Positions 40,401-48,919 of a DNA stretch of 58,605 nucleotides are shown here, piece after piece. Each line of letters opens with the position of its first letter. The first letter of the stretch is position 1. The translations under genes and the position numbers were made by a program. The notes under the pieces were generated by a model that ran no database searches, was not told the DNA's origin, and worked only from the letters and a program-made list of their open reading frames with translations. The DNA is from an uncultured Saprospiraceae bacterium. GTDB lineage: Bacteria; Bacteroidota; Bacteroidia; Chitinophagales; Saprospiraceae. Location: the NCBI GenBank assembly GCA_964508975.1, contig CAZDVQ010000024.1, forward strand, positions 1 through 58,605, read 5' to 3'.

Positions 40401-42128
40401 TACTATTTCATTGAACGAATAGAACTCGTCATTGGAAAATTTAAAAAGTTTGATTTGAGAAAGTTTCTCTTTAGTTTCCTTGCGCAAATAACTTTCTTCT
40501 AATTCATCTAAAAATGATTCATAAGTTTTTTTATCACAAGTAGCAATCCAATTATTTATACTTACCAGATTGGCATTTTCTACAATATCTCTGATGTCCC
40601 ATTCTTTAAGGCCCAATTTTTCTGTTTTGGTTGCTTCGTTAATCAACAATTTATCTACCTCACTATCCCACTCAAACCATTGAATATGGTTCAATCCTAA
40701 TTCCGATAAGTTTATAGAGAGTTTGAGCTTATTAATTTTTACGTTTTGAGCGTTGTCAGAAAAACCAATTTTGGTTGGTATATTTTCAGATAGGTATTGA
40801 TGAATGAAATTTGAAAAACTATTACTTATATGAGGCTTGTTTTTGGGGTCTTTCGACAGTAGAAAGTTAGAGTACAAAGACAAAAACAAATTACGGTTAT
40901 TTTCTTTCTGTATATCTGAATACTTAATTACGTTTTGTGCAATTAAGGGCAAAAGCTTTTCGTTGATTTGAGAATTAGCTTGAAGTTTACGCCTGTCATT
41001 ATTCATGTCAAAGGCATTGCAATGCAACAAAAAACTAAAACCATTCTTTTCTTCGTCCATAGAAAAGAACGTGTAAAGATTTGGTGCTAATTCATTTTGT
41101 AAATCAACAGCCTTTTTGTAATCATGATAAAATGCAAATGTGAATTTTATGTCCCGATTTTTATTTTTTGGATTTATGTCTTTGAATTCATTACTGCCAA
41201 TAGGAAAAGAATCTGAATAATCCAAAACAGCTTTTGCTTTGATTTCTTCGTCATTGATGTATATTTTTTGCAAGCTGTTCAAAAATTTGAAAGAATATGA
41301 CAATCCACTTTTAATTTTATCGATACCCTCATCAAGAAATTTGCTTTTACCCTTACCTAGTTTGAGAAAGAAGATTGAGCCGCTTTTTAAATTGTTTGTT
41401 TCTTTCAGATTTACGTTTTGCAGTGAATGTTTTAAAAATGTCCTCATTTCGGACAATTCGTTTTTTGAAAACCTTATGCCTTCTGTATCGTAGTTTTGCA
41501 ATTTTAATTTTTCGTCCAAATGAGAAGGAAAACAAGTGTAAAGCAATTTTATAAGCCAAGGATTTTCGCTATCCTTTGTTACGTCGAAGCCTACTTTGAT
41601 TTCATCTTCCTTTAGAAATGCATCTAATTGAAAAAATTTATTCCAGCTAAAAATGATTGGCCCTGCATAATCGTTTATTATAGCTTCTCTTCCATCATCA
41701 GCACCAACTAATCTGTGTAAAATTTTGAAGCCAATACCAAATGTGCCAATATCTTCTCCATCTTTGTAGTTGCCAGCAACATTGATGATTGCGGACATGT
41801 CACGGTCTGAAAAATAATTCCCATTGTTTATGCAGAGTAAATAGTCCTCATTGTAGCTCACGCTAAAAAAAGACGATTTACAATCGTCAGCGTTTTGAAT
41901 AAGTTCATATATGGCTTGGTCGTCTGCGGCTACGTTTAAAGCAATTGTTCCTAGTAGTTTTCCTAAATCTTCCCTATTACCATAAATCAGTTTTGAAAAT
42001 CCAGTTTCTCTACGTTTTCTGTCGGGATGTAATGAACCCACAAAGTTGAGGTCTATATAACCACTTTCTCTCGCAACTTCTTCTTTGTAGAATCTACGAA
42101 AATAAAAAGCATTTCTTGTGTATAACAT
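37446..42128 (-). CDS. giant sacsin/Hsp90-like GHKL ATPase with C-terminal DUF3883/PD-(D/E)xK-like domain (candidate defence protein)
   Basis: The ORF track starts on TTG at 42197; the first ATG is at 42128 (MLYTRNAF). GHKL N-box AIYELIQNADDC and G2 box GTFGIGFKILHR. About 1200 aa of low-GC helical middle region. The C-terminal segment GFEFTEGIGKFSTIDGVYKDNVEFPIVVKSYKY fits a DUF3883/restriction-endonuclease-like D...E.K core. Confidence 0.8.
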   Translation of the reverse strand: MLYTRNAFYFRRFYKEEVARESGYIDLNFVGSLHPDRKRRETGFSKLIYGNREDLGKLLGTIALNVAADDQAIYELIQNADDCKSSFFSVSYNEDYLLCINNGNYFSDRDMSAIINVAGNYKDGEDIGTFGIGFKILHRLVGADDGREAIINDYAGPIIFSWNKFFQLDAFLKEDEIKVGFDVTKDSENPWLIKLLYTCFPSHLDEKLKLQNYDTEGIRFSKNELSEMRTFLKHSLQNVNLKETNNLKSGSIFFLKLGKGKSKFLDEGIDKIKSGLSYSFKFLNSLQKIYINDEEIKAKAVLDYSDSFPIGSNEFKDINPKNKNRDIKFTFAFYHDYKKAVDLQNELAPNLYTFFSMDEEKNGFSFLLHCNAFDMNNDRRKLQANSQINEKLLPLIAQNVIKYSDIQKENNRNLFLSLYSNFLLSKDPKNKPHISNSFSNFIHQYLSENIPTKIGFSDNAQNVKINKLKLSINLSELGLNHIQWFEWDSEVDKLLINEATKTEKLGLKEWDIRDIVENANLVSINNWIATCDKKTYESFLDELEESYLRKETKEKLSQIKLFKFSNDEFYSFNEIVKKQISQNRTIASYGFANVFFKIQKTIGIVEELDKIGIIVSEITTSEYPNIFSCIEIMPDEKQMYTYIAEKCKTNTLSAKEKKTLFLSFINETTKFDNVAEGTLKNLELFCNNNSEIKPLSELIGNIKTPSWLNAHKIKQDEYFAELYPYLILDSGNIFKEIYQQNQDDIIAELTTAEEIKSLINLYQDNQKSFFKEFIIKKENKDFIIDKKTSETYQVQSADKEARKFLDENCADNLFVLPYEFVENYKDEEGIIKADDLHGLILEFVDADEHKEILVDIVKYKAKHKFLQQLSEFRFNSKNEYSREDYEYKILDLACSELKENDYLKFKEKVVIETENQDLKLSEIPPFTDKIKIDNYEISLAKILPDNYENSDYLSSLINHFIGLGLNKERIGNLFGVSEEPEPSVIYEMFSEQVETLENAEQLAFLFLYGLYIEKINFNQFNALNVNEEEIELGTDKYLTDFDFIQQSEILHKKYRSISKIFKDFPVVVEDNDNLLLIKEPYFEDAKFICPYIEENLSDEQKLSLIEFLFNQWNKKSKKTSIKNIDWNTIDDVKTENILGFNPTTSVYPSKYACESELLPDYLIEWLGEEDAKIDFLSDLGVWTESSVIVVLRKYLSGKIKDFQNNRLSQETRFNEGELNLFNSLVWLKENEVTFKTAEQFETFKKVVEVINENRTNNGDLEIKEDLDVEELEENALVWEESYYENWKKDSNVAIFLYEGELPKTISLNEIEDYVFYSFFEGNTAVDDKNNIYINQNADVKKELRKLELEEYNDFNFDGLWQNKLEILEKENAQLRRSSDATLGSEFSTDISKNDQKEANREAKEIVKEKLEREGFEFTEGIGKFSTIDGVYKDNVEFPIVVKSYKYEDEPLKIGANEWIQLMKPNSMFWLHFGNRKLGCLKLYDLLRNQDKLTISFSTENLDVEDRLDKFAELLHYFGNVHFDFNSVNPSDYSIAKDLSDYRFDERRNEEELTGDDEELL

Positions 42129-42496
42129 TATATTTTTATTTTTTGGAATTGATGATGTGTCCGCAATGCGGTTGTGACACAAGTAAATGTGTTGCAACGG
42201 TGTCGGCTAATGCATTGGTTTTCAAATCTTTTGATTTTGTGAAGTCTTGGCATTTTGTCTGTTGTATTACTGTTTGTTTTTGTTGTGTCGTCTTTTAGCA
42301 TCACAACCAACCTCCCCGCAGCCACAACTCCCCTGGCTTTATAGTGTCACTATTCAGGTTTAATGAATAGAACAAGTAGCTAGTACCCGTGTGTGTTGTG
42401 TTACAACGAATGATAGGTCCTGTGCAAAGGTATTGAAAATATGCTAATCTCAGTAATTTTTATCATCAATTTATAGGGCATTTTACGTGCTTTGGG

Positions 42497-42700
42497 TGCT
42501 TGGTGCTTGGTAAGGCTCGATGGGGTTTCGGTCCGGCTACCGTTCCGTGGCGATTTCTGTATTGGGCATTCTCGTCTGGCTTGCCGCCACGGGGTTTTGG
42601 TTGTTGCTTTAAACCCCGGGTTGCGCTGCGCTTAACCCGCGGCTACCGATATTGCCTGCCCCTTGGGCAGGATTTAGCGCGCAGCACGCAGCGTGAAATT
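42497..42700 (+). repeat. about 180-nt structured repeat element (family B), plus-orientation copy
   Basis: Aligns with the reverse complement of 23822-24012 and contains the hairpin ctgcccc-ttg-ggcag. Lies immediately upstream of a GC-rich repeat, the same composite arrangement as at 23.8-24.4 kb. Confidence 0.75.
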
Positions 42701-42711
42701 GTGAGTTAAAT

Positions 42712-42848
42712 CAAACCATCGCCAGTACACGATTCGGCTTAGCTGCCTGTAGGGCGCCGCCGCAGGCGGCGGTGCGCGTAGCGCACGGAGCGAATAGCGA
42801 ACCCCGGAAGGGAGCGGCCCGCGCAGCGGGAAAGCCCCAAAAAAGAGC
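42712..42848. repeat. GC-rich REP/MITE-like repeat at the other boundary of island 1
   Basis: ccatcgccagtacacgattcggcttagctgcctgtagggcgccgccgcaggcggcgg...cggagcgaatagcgaaccccggaagg...aaagccccaaaaaag. Confidence 0.8.
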
Positions 42849-43031
42849 ATTCATCCGATAATCTTACACTTTCATATAAATATTTGAACTTTGAACTCAA
42901 TTCTGTTTTAAACTTGTACCCTTAATCCAATACACGGGAATTTTTTCCGTAGTTTTGGAGTTCTCTGATTGTTCTGCCCGGTTTTAAGGCAAAACCCTCT
43001 ACACCTTACAGCTCTTAACTATAAGCACACC

Positions 43032-44453
43032 ATGCGACAAGCGACCCTTATTCTATTTTTGCTCCTTGGCCACTTTGCCCTTCAGGCACAAGAAACCTGG
43101 GATCTCGAAAAATGCATCCGTTATGCCCAGGAAAATAGCCTGCTCATTAAACAAAATGCCATCAACGTTGAAAACAACAAGCTCGACCTTACCCTGGCCA
43201 AACGCTCCCGGCTCCCAACCGCCGATGCTACCCTGAGCCAAAGCCTTAACTTTGGTCGCTCGATTGACCCTACCACCAACACCTTCCAACAACAAACCAT
43301 TTATGCCAACGGCTATGGTATATCTGGTGGTGTACCTATTTATAATGGCGGTCGGATAAACCATAGCATCGACCAAACGGAAGTATCCGTGCGGGCCGCC
43401 GAGGAAGACCTGGCCAACGTGCAAAATAACCTGGCGCTCAACGTGGCACAAGCTTACCTCAATGTGCTGCTGGCCGAAGAAGCTATCCTGGCCCTGCAAG
43501 AACAACAAAAACAAACCGAAAACCAGATGGCCAATACCCGCAAGATGATTGCCGCGGGTACCCTGCCCGCCAATACCATTTTCGACCTGGAAGCGCAACT
43601 GGCCCGCAACGAGCAAAATATCGTTAACGGTCAAAATGCCATCGACCTGGCGTACTTGAGTTTGAAGCAAATCATGAATTTTGACCCCTACACGCCTATA
43701 CTAATCAGTAAGCCCAACATCAACGTGCTCGAAACGGCGGAGGTGATTAGCGCGGAAGCCATTTATAGCTTGGCCGAGCAAAATCAACCCAACATCAGGG
43801 CTAACGAGCTGCGTGAAGAAAGCGCCCGCATTAATGTGGAAGTGGCACAATCAGCCTTGAAGCCTCAAATTAACGGTTTCTACCAGTTTCAAACCAACTA
43901 CTCTAGTCTCGGTAAAGAAGTGACGGGCTTTACGCCAGTTCAACAAAACCTCGGCGATGTTGAAATCCCGAACGTGGGCACATTCCCCTTGCTGATTACA
44001 ACTCAGGCCCCTACCTTGCGCAACACGCCGTATTTCAACCAGCTGGGCGACAACTTCCGCCAGGCCGTTGGGGTATCGTTGAGTGTACCGATATACAATG
44101 GCGATCGGAATAAAATTCAAATTGAACGGGCCAAGCTGGGCGTTGTCTCGGCTGAAATTGCTTCAGAACAATCTAAAGTACAGCTCAAGGCCGATATCAA
44201 CCAAGCGATTGCCAATGCCCGTGCGGCATTAAAACGCTACAACGCCGCCTTGAAAACCGTTAACGCCCTAGAGCAAGCCCTGGGTAATACCCGCAAGCGT
44301 TTTGACGCCGGTGCCGCTAGCGCTTTTGAACTCACCACCGCCGAGAATAGCCTCTTGGTATCTCGTGCTGAATTGATTCAATCCAAGTACGATTACATTT
44401 TCAGGCTTAAAATCCTCGATTTTTACGAAGGAAAACCTATCGTGCTTGAGTAA
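43032..44453 (+). CDS. TolC-family outer-membrane efflux protein
   Basis: The ORF track starts on TTG at 42969; the ATG at 43032 opens a signal peptide (MRQATLILFLLLGHFALQAQ). Two TolC-type coiled-coil/beta-barrel repeats (LDLTLAKRSRLPT... and ...LKADINQAIANARAALKRY). Confidence 0.85.
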   Translation: MRQATLILFLLLGHFALQAQETWDLEKCIRYAQENSLLIKQNAINVENNKLDLTLAKRSRLPTADATLSQSLNFGRSIDPTTNTFQQQTIYANGYGISGGVPIYNGGRINHSIDQTEVSVRAAEEDLANVQNNLALNVAQAYLNVLLAEEAILALQEQQKQTENQMANTRKMIAAGTLPANTIFDLEAQLARNEQNIVNGQNAIDLAYLSLKQIMNFDPYTPILISKPNINVLETAEVISAEAIYSLAEQNQPNIRANELREESARINVEVAQSALKPQINGFYQFQTNYSSLGKEVTGFTPVQQNLGDVEIPNVGTFPLLITTQAPTLRNTPYFNQLGDNFRQAVGVSLSVPIYNGDRNKIQIERAKLGVVSAEIASEQSKVQLKADINQAIANARAALKRYNAALKTVNALEQALGNTRKRFDAGAASAFELTTAENSLLVSRAELIQSKYDYIFRLKILDFYEGKPIVLE

Positions 44454-44507
44454 TACTATCAAAAAGAAACACTCACCTCCTTTTACACCAATTTATAGAT
44501 ACTTCAT

Positions 44508-45833
44508 ATGGCAAGTCCAGCTAATAGCAAGAAAAAACGCTCACCTTGGTTAATTCCCGGCATCGTCCTCGCCGTCATCGTGGTTGCAGGAATAGTGTTC
44601 TCGAAGAAAAATAAAGACACCGGTACCGCCGTGACCATGGAAGCCGTGGCCAAGCGCACGATTGTTGAAACCGTTTCGGCCAACGGGAAAGTTTACCCCG
44701 AAGAAGAACTGAAAATCAGCTCCGACGTGTCGGGTACGCTCGTTGATGTTTACGTAGTGGAAGGCGACTCGGTGAAAGAGGGCCAAATCCTGGCGCGCGT
44801 AAACCCAGATCAGCTAGAATCAGTAGTTGAACGCGCCGCAGCCGCGGCCGATGGCGCCCGTGCACAAGTACAAACCTTGAGCGCGCAGCTACAGCAAGCC
44901 AATGCTAACCTGCAAAACGCCCGCAACATCTTAGCCCGCCAGAAAAAACTCTACGATGATGGGGTAATTTCGACCGCCGACTACGAGAATGCCCAAACAG
45001 CCGTGCTTAGCGCAGAGGCCAACGTGGAGTCTATCCGCCAGAACATCAAGGCCAGCGAGTTTAACGTGGCCAGTGCCAACGCAACCGTGAAAGAACAACG
45101 CGTGAACCTGTCGCGCACGGCTATATACGCGCCCATGAGCGGCGTGGTGACCAATATCAGCCGCAAAAAAGGCGAGCAAGTGGTGGGTACCATCCAGATG
45201 GCCGGTACTGAAATCATGCGCATCGCCAACATGAAAGCCATCGAGGTGCGCGTGGATGTTTCAGAAAACGAAGTGATGAAAGTCAGCGTGGGCGATACCG
45301 CCGACATCGAGGTGGATGCGTACAGCAACCGCAAGTTCAAAGGTGTGGTGACGCATATCTCCAACTCGGCCAATAATCTCGATGCCGCTTTGGTGAGCAC
45401 CGACAAGGTTATCGAGTTTACGGTGAAGGTACACGTGCTAGAAAGTTCGTATGCCGACCTGACGGCTATTGGTCGTTCACCATTCTTGCCGGGCATGTCG
45501 GCCTCCGTTGAAATCCGGACCAACACCTTGGCCTCGGTGCTTAGCGTTCCGATTGGAGCCGTGACCACCCGAGCAAAAGAAGATGATAAAAATAAAAACA
45601 TTACAGATGCTGAGGTGTTAGAGGTGGTATTCATTCACCAAGCCGACACCGTCGAGATGCGTGAAGTAAGCACCGGCATCCAAGATGATAGCTACATTCA
45701 AGTTTTAAGTGGCTTAAAAGAAAAGGAAATGGTGGTTACGGGTCCTTATACCGCTATCTCCAAAGATTTAGAAGCGGGCAAAAAGGTACGCAAAGAAGAG
45801 AAGGAGAAGCTGTACAAGAGCTCCAAAAAATGA
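44508..45833 (+). CDS. efflux transporter periplasmic adaptor subunit (HlyD/MacA-like membrane fusion protein)
   Basis: N-terminal TM anchor, a biotinyl-lipoyl-like beta hairpin (VSGTLVDVYVVEGDSVKEGQILARV), a long coiled coil and a beta-barrel domain. No adjacent inner-membrane pump gene. Confidence 0.85.
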   Translation: MASPANSKKKRSPWLIPGIVLAVIVVAGIVFSKKNKDTGTAVTMEAVAKRTIVETVSANGKVYPEEELKISSDVSGTLVDVYVVEGDSVKEGQILARVNPDQLESVVERAAAAADGARAQVQTLSAQLQQANANLQNARNILARQKKLYDDGVISTADYENAQTAVLSAEANVESIRQNIKASEFNVASANATVKEQRVNLSRTAIYAPMSGVVTNISRKKGEQVVGTIQMAGTEIMRIANMKAIEVRVDVSENEVMKVSVGDTADIEVDAYSNRKFKGVVTHISNSANNLDAALVSTDKVIEFTVKVHVLESSYADLTAIGRSPFLPGMSASVEIRTNTLASVLSVPIGAVTTRAKEDDKNKNITDAEVLEVVFIHQADTVEMREVSTGIQDDSYIQVLSGLKEKEMVVTGPYTAISKDLEAGKKVRKEEKEKLYKSSKK

Positions 45834-46465
45834 CGTCCATAGCCAAAGCCAACTTATTAATATTTATCAAGAATCCAAAGGCCGGGCGGGTGAAAACCCG
45901 CCTGGCCGCCAGTATCGGTGATGCCGAGGCGCTTAAAGTTTACAAGCGCCTGTTGCAGCACGTAAATGAGCAAACCCTACAGCTTGATGTAGACAAAAAG
46001 CTGTACTACAGCGATTTTGTGGATTGGCTCGACGAGTGGGACGATAACCGCTACGCCAAGCTGCAACAAAGCGGTAAAGACCTAGGTGAACGCATGGAAA
46101 AGGCTTTTCACCAAGCTTTTCTCGAGCGCAAAAAAGGTAGTACCCAATTGGCGCTATCTACCGAGCCACGGCCAACAATTATTATTGGCAGCGATTGCCC
46201 GCAACTCACCCAACAAGCCCTGGAGCAAGCCTTTGAAAGCCTTCAACAATGTGATATGGTGATTGGCCCAGCCGAAGACGGTGGTTATTACCTCTTGGGC
46301 TTAAATTTCCACCAGGCCGATTTATTCAAAGGCATTGCCTGGAGTACCGAGCAGGTTTTTGAACAAACCATGCAAGTGGCTGCCCAGTTGGGCTTAAAGG
46401 TAACGGTGTTGCCCACCCTCCGCGATTTAGATACGGTGGATGATTTGCTAGCTTTGGGGTTTTAG
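45830..46465 (+). CDS. TIGR04282/DUF2064-family nucleotidyltransferase-like protein
   Basis: 211 aa with the pattern KNPKAGRVKTRL...GSDCPQL...DGGYYLLG typical of the DUF2064 glycosyltransferase-like family. Overlaps the adaptor gene stop (ATGA). Confidence 0.55.
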   Translation: MTSIAKANLLIFIKNPKAGRVKTRLAASIGDAEALKVYKRLLQHVNEQTLQLDVDKKLYYSDFVDWLDEWDDNRYAKLQQSGKDLGERMEKAFHQAFLERKKGSTQLALSTEPRPTIIIGSDCPQLTQQALEQAFESLQQCDMVIGPAEDGGYYLLGLNFHQADLFKGIAWSTEQVFEQTMQVAAQLGLKVTVLPTLRDLDTVDDLLALGF

Positions 46466-46467
46466 GG

Positions 46468-46872
46468 GCAGTTCTGCCCCCCTGTCTTCACTTCGTTCAG
46501 ACATCCCCCCACTCGCTTCGCTTCGCGTGGGGGGATGTCACCAGCGCTAGCGCAGTGACAGGGGGGCAGACGGGCATCGCCAAAATTGCGCCTCCCCCCG
46601 GCGCTGCACGCCGACCCCCTCCACTGCACAGACGCTGCGCGGCCGTTGGTAGCGGGGGTTGGGCCGAGCTTAGCTCGGCCGAGGGGGGACGCAGCGGCAA
46701 AAACTGTACTAATCGTAGCGCCTGCTTAGGGCATGTCCGTTCATAGTTCATTGTTCATCTTTTCCTAGCGCCAGGTGCCCGGCGGGCGCGGCTGGAAGCC
46801 GCGGTGCGAAGCACGGAGCGAAGCGAACCCCAGAGGGGACCGCCGCCGCGCAGCGGCGGGGCGCCCAAAAAC
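46468..46872. repeat. composite GC-rich repeat region (nested hairpins plus REP/MITE-like copy)
   Basis: Nested inverted repeats ggggcagttctgcccccctgtc ... gacaggggggcagac and gacatccccccac ... gtggggggatgtc. A 46621-46690 segment is shared with 24010-24062 (ccactgcacagacgctgcgcg.ccgttggtagcgggggttgggccgagct). The region ends with gttcatagttcattgttcat plus ccaggtgcccggcg...ggggcgcccaaaaacc, as at the 6.7-kb copy. Confidence 0.8.
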
Positions 46873-46907
46873 CTATCCTCTAAAATTCATCGTTCAAGTG
46901 TAATACC

Positions 46908-47672
46908 ATGAACCCTCGTGTAAAAGCCCTGCTGGATGCCAAGCTGCTGGAATATAACCAGCCCGGCTTTATTGCTGACGACCCTATTTCAATCCCGCAT
47001 CGGTTTAGCCAGAAACAAGATATTGAAATCACTGCTTTTTGGGTGGCCATGCTGGCCTGGGGACAACGCAAGAGCATTATCAACAGTGCCAACAAGCTGA
47101 TTGCCTTGATGGATAACGCGCCCCACGACTTTGTGCTGAACCATGCCGAAACCGACCGCAAGCGTTTTCTGGATTTTGTACACCGTACCTTCAACGCCAC
47201 GGATGCCTTGTATTTCCTCGATTTTTTCCAGCGGTACTACCAGCAGCACGATAGCTTGGAGCAAGCCTTTTCGCGGTTTATCAGTCCTGCCGATGAGCAC
47301 GTGGAAGCGGCTTTAATTGGTTTTCACCGTTTATTTTTTGACCGTCCTTACGCGCCGCAGCGCACGCGTAAACACGTGAGCACGCCCGAGCGAAAATCGA
47401 CTTGCAAGCGGCTCAACATGTTTTTGCGCTGGATGGTGCGGCAAGATAACGCCGGCGTCGATTTTGGTATCTGGCAGGAGGTAAAGCCCGGCCAACTGCT
47501 CGTGCCACTGGATGTACACGTAGAGCGCCAAGCCCGGATGTTGGGCCTCATTGAGCGCAAACAAACCGATTGGCAAACGGTGTTGGAGCTAAGCGCAACG
47601 CTGCGTCAACTTGACCCCTCGGACCCCGTGAAATACGATTATGCGTTGTTTGGGATGGGGTTGGAGCGTTAA
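46908..47672 (+). CDS. TIGR02757/DUF2400-family protein
   Basis: 254 aa with a conserved Bacteroidota hypothetical pattern (FWVAMLAWGQRKSII...RLNMFLRWMVRQDNAGVDFGIW). Confidence 0.55.
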   Translation: MNPRVKALLDAKLLEYNQPGFIADDPISIPHRFSQKQDIEITAFWVAMLAWGQRKSIINSANKLIALMDNAPHDFVLNHAETDRKRFLDFVHRTFNATDALYFLDFFQRYYQQHDSLEQAFSRFISPADEHVEAALIGFHRLFFDRPYAPQRTRKHVSTPERKSTCKRLNMFLRWMVRQDNAGVDFGIWQEVKPGQLLVPLDVHVERQARMLGLIERKQTDWQTVLELSATLRQLDPSDPVKYDYALFGMGLER

Positions 47673-48580
47673 ATCAAACCCAATTCTTTAGCTTCTTGTA
47701 TGGCGGACTCTACTATTGACTGCTCTACGCCTAAAGTAAGGGCAATAGTTTGAATATCATGCCCTTTTTTATATTGATCAATAATTTCTAGGGCAAGCCG
47801 CACGCCTTCTTCCTTTCCTTTTTCGATGCCTTTTTCGATGCCTTCGAGATTGCCTTTTTGAATTCCTTTATTGTATAGGTAGTCGGTTTCAACGTCTTCA
47901 AGTTCAATGTAGATGGGCATGGTGTTGAAGTTTTCGATTAAAAGATGGTCAAATTTACGTAAACGTGCTAAGTTGAGCAACTGTGCGTGATATTTTTTTA
48001 GTTTGTTGAGGTCATGACAACATTGATGCAATTTTATGACTATAGAACGCAAAACTTGTTCTGTTTGTTCCTTGCTAAACTTGGCAAACACTGCGAAGAT
48101 AATCACCTCGGGCACTTGGGAGGAGAGGAATTGCTCTGGGTCCAGCTCATTCAGCGTGATGATGTCGTACTCAAAATGTGAACGAAGCCCTGTAAGCTGC
48201 CGAACCATGCGATGTGGCTTAGAGTCTAGATAGATAACTATTTGCCAAACGGGTAGTTTGTATTTTTGGCTAATCAAGCCATAATAAACCAGCATCCTAT
48301 AGTGCATTTCAGGGTCGGTTCTAGATTGGAATTCCATATGAACCAACAGGCGTGTACCATCTGCTTGTGTCACCTCGTACAACATGTCAAGTTCTCGTTC
48401 CAAGGTACTTTGTAGCTTGCCGGGCAAAGGTTTTATGTTAATCCATCTCGCATCAGGGGTCAGTGCCTTGAACAACTCCAGGGCATTTTCCTTGATGATT
48501 TTATCATAGATGTTCCCTGTATCGGGTATGGGGGGAATCGGTTTGTTTTCCATGTCGCAAAGTTCTGGCGACTGGCCCAT
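47669..48580 (-). CDS. Rpn-family recombination-promoting nuclease/putative transposase (PD-(D/E)xK, YhgA-like)
   Basis: N-terminal nuclease core (LLVHMEFQSRTD) and a C-terminal DUF4351-like helical tail with repeated EKGIEKG. Alternative start at 48553 (MENKPIP). Confidence 0.65.
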   Translation of the reverse strand: MGQSPELCDMENKPIPPIPDTGNIYDKIIKENALELFKALTPDARWINIKPLPGKLQSTLERELDMLYEVTQADGTRLLVHMEFQSRTDPEMHYRMLVYYGLISQKYKLPVWQIVIYLDSKPHRMVRQLTGLRSHFEYDIITLNELDPEQFLSSQVPEVIIFAVFAKFSKEQTEQVLRSIVIKLHQCCHDLNKLKKYHAQLLNLARLRKFDHLLIENFNTMPIYIELEDVETDYLYNKGIQKGNLEGIEKGIEKGKEEGVRLALEIIDQYKKGHDIQTIALTLGVEQSIVESAIQEAKELGLI

Positions 48581-48919
48581 TAAACCTATTCGACTGGGTT
48601 ATACTTGACCCGTTTAGGTAATACTATATTACAATTTGCGAAATTTTTGGAATATCGCCCCCGTCTAAGCCCCAACGACACATTTTCCGCTCCAATCTCC
48701 TCTCTTCTATCTCCGCTCTCCTATCTAAGCCCCGTGGCCCACATTGACCACGGGGACCGCCCAAAATGAATAAATGATAAAGGGAATAAATGAATAAACG
48801 ACATGCACGGCACTTACCTTAATGTACCAATTAAAGGGTACATACTTACACGTATATAGACTCTGTAATTTGATAGGTATTTGTTTTCGGTATTCTAAAA
48901 TGCCGTAGACTTACGCCCG

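Noticed and set aside
44981-45634. 217-aa minus-strand ORF
   Set aside because: Antisense to the membrane-fusion protein gene. Ser/Thr/Ala-rich with no start context.
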